Assembly: GCA_051362555.1 (NCBI GenBank) | Contig: CM120640.1 | Span: forward strand, 55,530,788-55,594,787 | From: Lingula anatina | Taxonomy: Eukaryota > Animalia > Brachiopoda | Length of the DNA: 64,000 nt | Direction of reading: 5' to 3' | Shown: one piece after another, positions 1 through 10,467 of the stretch | Layout: each line of letters opens with the position of its first letter | How positions within the stretch are numbered: position 1 is the stretch's first letter | Program-made: the position numbers and the translations under genes | Notes under the pieces: model-generated | Database searches by the model: none | Told to the model about the DNA's origin: nothing | What the model saw: the letters and a program-made list of their open reading frames with translations, nothing else

Positions 1-294
1 TCCATTATCCACACTATAAGATAAACGTCATATACTCAAGTAAATTAAGATTAATAAAGTTTTATTGGGGGAGGGGGTCAAAATTTCATGGGGGGAGTCA
101 GACTTTCATTATGAAACTTTGACTGGGGGTGATTTGCATGGGAGTCAGATTTTCATGTTACAAGTGTACCATAAAATTATATAAATATTTGCTAACCAAC
201 ACAAATGTAGTTGAAAGTACAGTTATATTTCATTTCAGTCCAACATGACTTCAGAAATTTCCATATTTCATATATCAGAAGAGAATGAAATATT

Positions 295-3200
295 ATGATG
301 AGCAGGACTATTCCACGTGTGTTTTGTGCCAGGCTGTCAGTGCTCAAATACCAAATCAGAACACACAATATATCCACAATCACTGTCAGTCGTCCATACA
401 CTTATGATCCATCGGGGAGCATTCTTGTCAACCGCCACAAGGAGATAAAACTTTTACTGGAGCGCTTCAAAACACCTCTCTGTCAGTGGCACGATGCTTG
501 GATGATAGCTGATGAAAAAAAGAAAAATGAAAATCCAGATATTTGTAACATTGAGCCAAACAATGACAAAAAAATCATTAAACAAGTTCAGAAGCATATA
601 GGTCAATATGAAAGTGAGAAATATGTCCAACCTCTGAACTCTACACTAGTGTTGCTTGGTGTACCAGATGTTGGGAAAACTTCTATTGTTAAGCAGGCTT
701 TAACCATTGCCATGAGAGAACACCTACTGCACCCACCACCCATGACTCTGGATCTCAGGTCACCTGAAGGTCAATCTCACCAGCTGACTGGAGTATTGTC
801 AAAGGTACAAATTAAAGTTAACTTTTATCAAAGCTAAATTTTAAAAAAATGGGATAGTCATTAAAAAGGTGTCTCCAAAAATGGTGAAAAAGTATCTGGG
901 CTGATCATGATGAAAATTTTATTAAGAGGTAGATTTATTATTTTCCTTAGTAATGATCAACAAAACTGTGTATATATATATTGTAAGTTGACTTTTGTGC
1001 AAAGAGGGGTTCAGCAATCTGTTAATAAAGTATAATGTGGGTATCCTACATGCTGTGGAAGTTTAGGACTAGGTTTAATTGTTTTTGCCTACTTAAGAAA
1101 CCTGAATCTAAATATTCTTCAAAAGCCAAAAGGACATGTACCACACTAAGCAGATATAGCAAAAAAATTTTTTGACATGACTAAGTTAGAGGTTTTTAAA
1201 TTTTGATAAAGGTAAAACAAGGTTTGGGCGGATTTCTCATGGACGTTTCCCCTTTACTGCAAGGCTCAGCCACTCTCATGGGGATTCCATTTCCTCATCG
1301 GTCAGAAAAGGACTCGCATTCATTGAAAGGGAAATCTATTGAAGAAATTCTCCAATCAGTTAGTAAATTGTGCTGTCCTTGTTTTTTTTTTTTTTTTGTT
1401 TTTTTTTACATAAATACATGTATGTCTCTCATGTAAGCAACAAAGGTTTTTCTTTATCTTTCTGTATTATAGTTAAGATTTCACAAATATTTTCTCTTTG
1501 TTTTGCGAGAGAATTCATGATCCAGCAGTGTGGCACCATGGTGCCAAGATATAGTAATCACTAGTTAATTACTTTAATTTATGAACCTTACCTGAGTCTA
1601 ATTTATTTCTTAAATATATAGATATATAGTCTACATGAACTAACTTCCTTTTGTCTGCTAGCAAGCAGAGACCCTTCCAGCAGCCCTTAGGTTCTACAAA
1701 ACATTGGTGAAAAAAGCATCTGAGGAATATGAAAAGGACATCTACCACCCTGTAATTTACATCCATGCAGCACACATTTTGCAAACATTAGACTCAAGAG
1801 AGATGGATCAGTTGTTGCAGTGGATAGGCCAGGTGAGTGAGCAGAGTCGTGGCTAGCACACTGATAGTTAGAATTATTTTCCAAACTTAAAAAGAAGTCT
1901 GTGGTATTTTGGCTGGTGTTCATTGTACCACCAGCGTTAGCGCTGGCGGTACACATGGTTTAAGTCCCGTCCGGTCCGTTCCGCCGGCTCTGCCGGCTCC
2001 TGCGGGTCCGCCGCCATGTTACCGTTACCGCTTCTCCTCCTAGACGGTAAGGGCCCCCATACCCATCTCTTGGATTTAGGTCACCTATAATCTCAACTCG
2101 TTCCACGTAAAATTTGGGCTTTGTCGGTATTGGGGTCTAGGTGTGACACTCATTGCAATGCACCCTTGTCCAAAAATGGCAAAATTAAATGCTAATTATC
2201 TACCCTACGGAAGGAATTATGGGAAAAATTTCTACAGACAGCTTTCCAAAAGTCATATGTGTAGATTTCAAATATGCCCTTGGATTTGACCTTTGACCTT
2301 TATTTCAAGGTCAAACGGGCCAAAATTTTCAAAAAAATATAATTTTTTACGAAAAAAATTTTTTTTGCCCTGTTATTCAGACACCACACAGACTTAACCA
2401 ATAATATTATTGGAAAGTTTTACCCTTCAGGTCATCTTTCATCTCCGTGAATTTGAGGTCAATCGGTGAAATTGACCTTTGACCTACTTTTCACCATGAA
2501 CTGAACTTTGCAAATTTTGCTTCCCTTTTATCTCCAAAACTGGCAGAGATATGTCCATAGTTACTATTGAACTTGAATAGGAAGTCATATAATGGCAATC
2601 TATATGTGACCTTGAAATTGACCTTTGACCTTTTTTTCATCATGAACTGAACTTTGCAAATTTTGCTTCCCTTTTATCTCCAAAACTGGCAGAGATAGGT
2701 CCATAGTTACTATTGAACTTGAATGGGAAGTCATATACTCGCAATCTGAATGTGACCATGAAATTGACCTTTGACCTACTTTTCACCATGAACTGAACTT
2801 TGCATATTTTGCTTCCCTTTTTTCCCCAAAACTGGCAGAGATAGGTCCATAGTTACTATTGAACTTGAATGGTAAGTCATATACTGGCAATCTAAATGTG
2901 ACCTTGAAATTGACCTTTGACCTACTTTTCACCATGAACTGAACTTTGGAAATTTTGCTTCACTTTTATCTCCAAAACTAGCAGAGATAGGTCCATAGTT
3001 ACTATTGAAGTTGAATAGGAAGTCATATACTGGCAATCTAAATGTGACCTTAAAATTGACCTTTGACCTACTTTTCACCATGAACTGAACTCTGCTAATT
3101 TCTTTCTCTTTTAACTCCAAACCTGGCAGAGATAGGTCCATAGTTACTATTGAAGTTGAATAGGAAGTCATATACTGGCAATCTAAATGTGACCTTGAAA

Positions 3201-5573
3201 TTGACCTTTGACCTACTTTTTATCATGAATTGAACTTTGCAAATTTTGATTCCCTTTTATCTCCAAAACTGGCAGAGATAGGTCCATAGTTACTATTGAA
3301 CTTGAATAGGAAGTCATATACTGGCAATCTAAATGTGACCTTGAAATTGACCTTTGACCTACTTTTCACCATGAACTGAACTCTGCTAATTTCTTTCTCT
3401 TTTAACTCCAAACCTGGCAGAGATAGGTCCATAGTTACTATTGAAGTTGAATAGGAAGTCATAGGCTCTGTTCTCACAACTTTTAGATCGATCTATCACC
3501 GCGGGGAGTCTCACTAGATTACTGTCAGATAATCCCCCTTAAGTGTCCGTCCCCGCCTACTACAAGCTTTAAGGGGTAATTAACTTTCGTGTCCGCCCGG
3601 CTGACAGCTATTTAGCGTGAACCCCCAGGGAGTTAGGTCGATCCAATGTAGGTCGATCTAATCTATGAGAATGGGGTGATATACTGGCAATTTACTGTGA
3701 CCTTGAAATTGACCTTTGACCTACCTTACGATGAACTTAACTTTGATTGTACCATTTTAAGTTATATATTTTTTTTGCATATTTTGAAAATTCTTGTTGA
3801 TTGCATTTTTATAGCTTGTCAAGCTTAAGACTGCTGGCTGTGTCCCTTATTTTGTGTATGTGGGGGTCTATACGAATGTGCTTGCTCCAGCTGGTGGTAC
3901 AATATTCGGAGGCGGTATCGCCTCTCTGATCCTCTAGTTATACTGTTTTTAAGTTTTCAGTCAGTTTTATAAAGCAGTCATGATTTGATTACTTAATAAG
4001 ATTCCTACTGGCATAAGGGTAAGAATTTTATACTAATCACAAAAGCAGTGGCATTTTCTGCTTCATTACCTAATAACATGTTTATAGCTTACATTCAGGT
4101 CACTCAACAGGAACGCCTGATGGATGTTATTTTATCCACCAGCAATGGTTTGTTTTTTACACAACTGTCAGATCTCTGTAAGTATACATTCTTTAAGGTT
4201 TCATTCACATGCAATGTCTATTTTCTAAATTCTATTTTCTATTCGCGGTATGTCTTATGATCACGGTCTGTGCCCTTAATATCCCGCGGCGTAATTACTG
4301 GAAGTGCGAACCAGTTACTATAAGTTACTATAAGTAACTGGCTCGCACTGCCAGTAATTACGCGGCGGGATATTCAGGGCACAGACCGTGATCATAAGAT
4401 AGCGCGAATAGAAAATAAATTTTTAGAAAATAGACATTCCATGTGAACGAAGCCTAAGTATACTATTCATGTGCAAGGAGTTATCCAGAAAGACACTGGA
4501 TTAAGTATATAACTAGGAGATGTATGTAAATTTTACACATCATTCAATCGATCACTGACTATATTAATCAATCTCACCTTAGATGAATAAAGTCTAAGAC
4601 TTCACAAAGCATCTAAAATTAGTACATATTTATTTTAGTGGGCCACAAAGTAAGTCCTTTGTGGATAGATGACTTGGATGCTGTCAGCTCACACACATTA
4701 TACATGGAATTGAAGAAGTCCTTGCTCTCCCAAGCTGAGGTTCTAGGTCACCACCTGAAAGAAAAGAACATCCCCCACTTTGAAGAGATGTACAAGTTTC
4801 TTGGGGGTCGTGCCTATCATTATTCACAGGTCCTGAGTGTCAGCAATTTTGAAAATTTGTTGCATGGAGGGGATGGTGAACATTGTAAGTTAATTATACA
4901 TTTTAATATTAAATTTTTATATCTAAATTTTTTAATCTAAATTTTATTCAGCCATAAATTAGGTTCACATAAACTAAATGGTTGACAATATTGGTTATTT
5001 GTGTAAGTTCAGGCCAAACAATCAGGTCATCAGATTCCTAACAATTATCAGGCGTCTCCTTCCACTGTTACAGGCCCTACCAGTAGGTGTATTCTGGCAA
5101 ACAGGAGCATCTGCAGTATGATTCTGCAAACCAAGATTACACAAGCTAAGATGTTATAAATGCTTGCCTTGGTCACTAATATTTTTGTCATTTAAGCACC
5201 ACATTATGGAATATTGAATTTCTCTTTATAAGGGCTAAATCCACTGAGTCCCAGAGCCATGCGCCAAGCCTATCTGTTGCTATATCCAGCAATGATGTCT
5301 AGGGGTCTAGTGCGTAGATATGGGGAACCAAACTGGACAAAAGAGGAGGGGAAATGCATCATTAAAGCCATGGCCAAGACGGTAGATGGGAACATCCCCA
5401 TGGAGTTCTTTATAAAAGATGAGAGTGTTTCTATTCCTGCACTGAAGAAGTTATCCAGGATGAATGTGCTGGGTTACAAACCTGAGATGGGGCAACCTCT
5501 AGGATGTGGCACTATAATTCCATCTTCACCTTTACAACTTGTTTATATTAAGAGATTGGCTGAGACATTTTAA
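295..5573 (+). CDS. Uncharacterised P-loop NTPase (ATPase_2/AAA_16, STAND-like) with probable mitochondrial leader, ~498 aa, 6 coding exons
   Basis: Exons 295-804, 1212-1358, 1662-1832, 4099-4177, 4639-4884 and 5232-5573, all GT-AG and phase-consistent. Motifs: 'ILVNRHKEIKLL' (FxxRxxE-like pre-P-loop), Walker A 'GVPDVGKT', Walker B position 'VIYIHAAH', 'FLGGR', and a C-terminal wHTH-like 'ALKKLSRMNVLGY'. The N-terminus is Arg/Ser-rich with no acidic residues. Confidence 0.85.
2468..3725. repeat. ~146-bp tandem repeat, ~8 units, inside the HINE
   Basis: GAAATTGACCTTTGACCT (one unit starts AAAA) recurs at ~2468, 2614, 2760, 2906, 3052, 3197, 3343 and 3705; the last is displaced by a MITE. Confidence 0.95.
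3464..3678. mobile_element. PIF/Harbinger-type MITE inserted in the tandem array
   Basis: Interrupts one repeat unit with an ATA duplication and has imperfect TIRs. A reverse-oriented sister copy at 35680-35894 has a TAA TSD. Confidence 0.8.
4197..4454. mobile_element. Fully palindromic MITE (Harbinger-like), TAA TSD
   Basis: Ends GGTTTCATTCACATG...CATGTGAACGAAGCC. The arms pair along essentially the whole length. TAA at 4194-4196 and 4455-4457. Confidence 0.85.
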
Positions 5574-6207
5574 CTTTTTCTAGGGCTAAGCAAACTTTAT
5601 TTGCAACAATTGTTGAAGACAATTGACTTGCCCTTCAAAATTTTTGAGATATTTGATGAAATTTGGTCATTTATGAAAGGTTAAAAGATGAACTAAAATC
5701 TGAATTAATCAAAATTATACCTGGTTGAACCTTGTTCAGAAATGTTCTCATGCAATATTACAAACTTTTAATGTGTAAACAGAGTATTACTTGACACATG
5801 TCTTTTAAAATATGTTAAGGATTTTATATATATGACGCTTTTATCTATGATGATTTATTATTTACATATGCATAATTTATAGATACATATAACCATGTCA
5901 GTAAAATGTATTAAAGGAATGCAAAGTTAACCTTTTTTTTCTCCATTTAGAACTGTTGTGGTGATTGCTTATACTCAGGGAATGTTGTAGTGCCATATGT
6001 ATATATACATACTGCACAAAGTACAAAATTATAGTTATTTTAAATGGTTTTTAATGGATACAAGTAAATATACTTTATTGTGACAGTGTTATGTATGTGT
6101 GTAACATATGTTTGGAGATTTTGGGTCTTCACAATTGATATTTTTGAAATGGTTTTGGTAAATAACTTTTGTACTTTTGTTTTATAGTGTGACACATTTT
6201 ATATTGT

Positions 6208-6208
<1 letters not shown>

Positions 6209-6290
<82 letters not shown>
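6209..6290. repeat. (AC)n microsatellite
   Basis: About 40 perfect AC units. Confidence 0.98.
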
Positions 6291-6293
<3 letters not shown>

Positions 6294-6676
6294 AAGGCAA
6301 ATAAGCTTTATTTGAAAATAGCTTTATTTAAAGCATTAGAAGTTATGAACGTCTGGAATGTGATTAGATAAAATGGTATTTTATATTTTTGTATGTCGGA
6401 TTGGATAATCAAAAGAAAAACGTATCTGCTTTACCTGTAATAATATCTTGCTTAGAAGCAATCATAACCCTACAATCACATTAAAAAAAAAAACATGAAT
6501 GATGATGCACATAATTTGAGACAAAATCCCTGACTATATTGAAATCTAAAAGTGTTTATGTAAAAGAAAAAAAAAATGGAGTCGGGAAGCTTTTTATTTT
6601 AGTTTGTCATGACAAGGTGTTGAAAAAACAGTGGAATATTGAAATCTTTGGCGTGGAAATATTGAAATCTTTGGCA

Positions 6677-8911
6677 TTTTTCTGTACAGACACAGATGTG
6701 TCTGATAGCCGTCACCTACGTCTGTTATCGACAGTGCCATACACTTTCACCGATAACACGATAAGTGGAAAACAATTTTACCTTTTGGCTTGAAACTTAC
6801 AGAACTGATTAATATTCATGATACACAAGTCGAGTTCAAAAGTTTTTTTTTTTTTTCCAGCATATATGCAACACTGATAACACGATAAGTGGTAAAACAT
6901 TTTACGTTTTGGCTTGAAACTTACAGAACTGATCAAGTTTGAAAATCAGCATGATCGGGCCATTTTTTCAAAGGTTATCTTTTTTTTTTTTTTTTTTCTT
7001 GGCTTTTTTCAGCATATATACAACACTGATAACACATTTCAAGGAAAACCGATAATCAGCTTGATTGGAGCATTTTTACAAAAGTTATGCTGGGTTTTTT
7101 TTCAGCTTATATGATACACTGATAACACATTTCAAGGAAAACCGATCGGCCTATTGTCTTGCAGCTCACAGGAGTGATCAATATTACTAGTATACAGATC
7201 AATTTCAAAAATAAGCTTGATCTTTCAAGTTTTGAAGTTATGCCCTTTTTTTTTAATTTAAGTGATTTTTCCTCATTTAATTCTTAGGCATGTTAACAGT
7301 CTCATTTTTTAACTAATTGGATGCGTAAAAAGTGTTCTTTTGACATTTTCTGCATCTTAACAATATTGTTAATAGATTATATAAAAATGATGGTAAAACT
7401 TATTGTGTATTTTGAAATAAAGTGTCAAAAAAGGAAATAAACTCATATTATTTCAGTATGTCAGATTCATTTACTGTGTTCAGAAGCTCAGAATGGAGCA
7501 AATTGGACATTGAAAATTGTTTTATTGATATTTTTCTTATGTCAGCAATTTTCTTAGTTTATCATTTAAAATGTCAGTATGTGATTATTTTGTTTAATGT
7601 AAAAAAGGTGTTGAAAATGGAAATAAACTAGTTTCAGTACAGTTATCTCTTGTTTGTATCTCTTTGGTGTGACTCTGGACTTCCATGGTCTTGAAGACTT
7701 TTGCTTGTCACATTTTCTGAATGTCCATAATACTTTTATTTTATTATTAAAAAATTATGGACATTTTGCTGTTAAGCATTATGTAATATTGCATCAAAAA
7801 TGAAGAAAACCCTATTTTGGACACTGCCTCCATAGTGACCATTAAAGGAAAACCATGTCACTTACTCTTCTCAAACTTACAGAAAAGTAACAAACAACTA
7901 AAATACAGCTTCAATTGGAAAACCTGTCTAATTAGTTAACTTTTCTGGAAATTATGTAGTTTTTTGTTAGAAGTAATTAATTTTTCACATGTCAACATTT
8001 TCAAGGTGTGACTTTGAACTTCCATTGTTTCTGAACATTCATGATACTTTTATTATTAAAAATTGCTGGTCATTATGCTTATAGCATTATGTAATATTGC
8101 ATTAAATTGAAGAAAACCCTATTTTGGGCACTGCCTCCACAGTGACCATTAAAGAAAAACAATGTCATTTTTTTAACTTACAGGAAAGAAATGTAGGACT
8201 AAAATGCAGCTTGAGTTAGAAAATCTGTATTATTGGTTAATTTTTTTTTTTGGTTTTTTTTTTATACCACATTTTTGTGAAATTTTTATCTTTCACAGAT
8301 TGACATTTTCAATGTGGGACTTGGAGCTCCCAAGGGCATTAATCCCAGTGGCAATCAAGTTTTCTTAATGTCCACGTTATTAATAGTAGATAATTAAAAA
8401 TTGGTGGTTATTATACAGTTAATCATTATGTAATATTGCATCAACATTGATAAAAAAAAACCTACTTCGTGCCATGCCACCTCAAACGTTATGAAAAGAA
8501 AACTGTTACTTATTATTTTTGAACTTACAAGAATGATTCTTAGGATTGACATACAGCTCAAATTAGAAAACCAGCTCTGTTAGATAATCATGTTTTGAAT
8601 TTATGCATTTATTTTTTTTTTTTTTTAATTTAATTTTTTTATTTATTTCATTATTATTATTTTTTTTAATTTATTTTTATTTATTTATTTTATTTATTTA
8701 TTTTTGTGTGTGTGTGTGTGTGTGAAATTTTCAATTTTCTCATTCTGGCATTTTCCAAGTGTGAACTTGAACTGTCATGAGCCTGAAGCTTTATGCTTTT
8801 ATTTTCATCGGTGTTACCTGTTGTGCATAATTACAATGTAATGTTGACTTTGCATTTGTGCATTATTATTTTCTGATTTTTGTCTGTACATTTGACAGCT
8901 TTGCTGCCTTA
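6677..8911 (+). mobile_element. Helentron/HINE-like element family A, copy 1
   Basis: 5' TGTACAGACACAGATGTGTCTG palindrome and CCGATAACACGATAAGTGG core repeats. 3' GTCTGTACAT inverted repeat plus hairpin GACAGCTTTGCTGCC. T-rich flanks, no TSD. Confidence 0.8.
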
Positions 8912-9532
8912 TATTACATTTTATAATTTTACATTAATTTCCTTTAATCTGCGAAATTAAAAGATCTAATTTATATTTACATTTCTTTAGTTTCAACACT
9001 TAGTTTCATGTCCGTTTACACTGCATTGCATAAAAAAGTAATATTCCGTTTTTAGTTCTCTTTAAAAACCCTTTCTTTGTCATTTTCAAATATTGTTGGT
9101 GGTGTGAAACTTTAGTGAACAATTTGAAATTATTATTTAACAATCAATGAATAACAAATAATAAGTCAAATAAAGTTCAGTGGGTTGACATGAAATTAAT
9201 ATTTATCAAATTTGATTTTATTTGTGAAGTTATCCAAATGTAAATGCAGACATGAGAGATTGCGGTAGCTGCACAGATAATATTCGCTAAGGTCGCTGGT
9301 ACGTTATCAGCTCGCGTTATTTTCACCTGTTGCATTTCCTTAACACTTTCTCACATACTCGTCATCTACACGTTAATTTTATATAAGGTTATGCAGTTTT
9401 TCAACAAATTAATTGATTTTCGCGCCAAATCTAATATCCCCCAAGAAATAAGCCATTTTCTCCCACTCACAAATCGTTGCCAGACCTTGGATTTGATTCG
9501 CTTGGATTCGATGTTTTACACCATCTCTCATC

Positions 9533-9707
9533 CAAGCCCGTAGCCAACAATTTAAAATGGGGTGTTCTTTTTTCTGAAAATGTGGACCTTTTACCGTGAA
9601 ATCGTCGTGTACCTAGATAAAATTTTACACAGAGGGGACGTTTTCCCGGCAAAAGGGGGTTTCTTTCGAACCCCCCCCCCCCCCCCCCCCCCCGGGCTAC
9701 GGGCCTG
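9533..9707. mobile_element. MITE with CA(A/G)GCCCGTAGCC TIRs and 5-bp TSD
   Basis: CAAGCCCGTAGCC...GGCTACGGGCCTG, flanked by TCATC at 9528-9532 and 9708-9712. Sister copy at 44147-44303. Confidence 0.85.
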
Positions 9708-10467
9708 TCATCTAATGAAATAATTAAGTTCTAAACGTTATGCATATGTCCTTCTGACATTTTAAAAAGAAATATATATATCAGGTTTATAATTATAATT
9801 GAGGGATTTTATCGTATTTATGGTCTGAATTGGGAAAGATAGCATTGCAATATAATAAGAAATAGGACTTTCTGACATTTTCAAACGCGTAGGTCTGTAG
9901 CAACCCTGTAGGTGTTTTTATTACTTACCATATTATTATGAACAGAAAATATAATTAGCCAACCACACTTCTTTTTAATTTGTGTTTACCTTTGGGGATT
10001 ATTGCTAAAATTTCAATGTAAGACACGATTCGATCCATAATCCACAAAATTGCAATATTTGATACTATTTTACGTTATATTTAATATATATATATACATT
10101 CTTGTACAAATAGAGAATTTTTGCTCTATATTCTGTCTTAAGAAATGGTATTTGTCACTTTTAATGAAAGATAATTCAATGTCAGCTAAAAATTCATATG
10201 AAGCATGAAAGATCTTTAAACTAATTACTCGTGAGCTTGTTAAACCCACAAGCCTATTAAATGTTGCACGACGAAGTCTTTAGTTGCCGGCCATTCACAG
10301 TTTTATCATTAGTATATTAAAGCATGAGGTAAGCCTACCAAACTTTTTTTAAAATATCACAAAAATACCCCTGAGTATTATCACTGTGTTTAGTTTATGC
10401 TAAAATATTGAGTCTATCTCTATGAAATAAATGAAAAATGAGCTCGGTAATTTTGTCAACCTCGGAG

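Larger units (their letters stand above)
1921..3939 (+). mobile_element. Non-autonomous Helentron/HINE-like element (family B) with internal ~146-bp tandem array
   Basis: 5' TTGTACCACCAGC plus a palindrome and GTCC-type microsatellite. 3' inverted GCTGGTGGTACAA, hairpin GGAGGCGGTATCGCCTCT and CTAGTT end. Related pieces lie at 36081-37270. Confidence 0.8.

Noticed and set aside
60-162. GGGGTCA/GGAGTCA repeats ending in TGTTACA, possibly a Ginger-like element end
   Set aside because: Only one degraded end is visible, with no partner TIR or TSD in the window.
2929-3477. Two near-identical 80-84 aa ORFs (MTSYSTSIV...)
   Set aside because: They are translations of the 146-bp tandem repeat, not genes.
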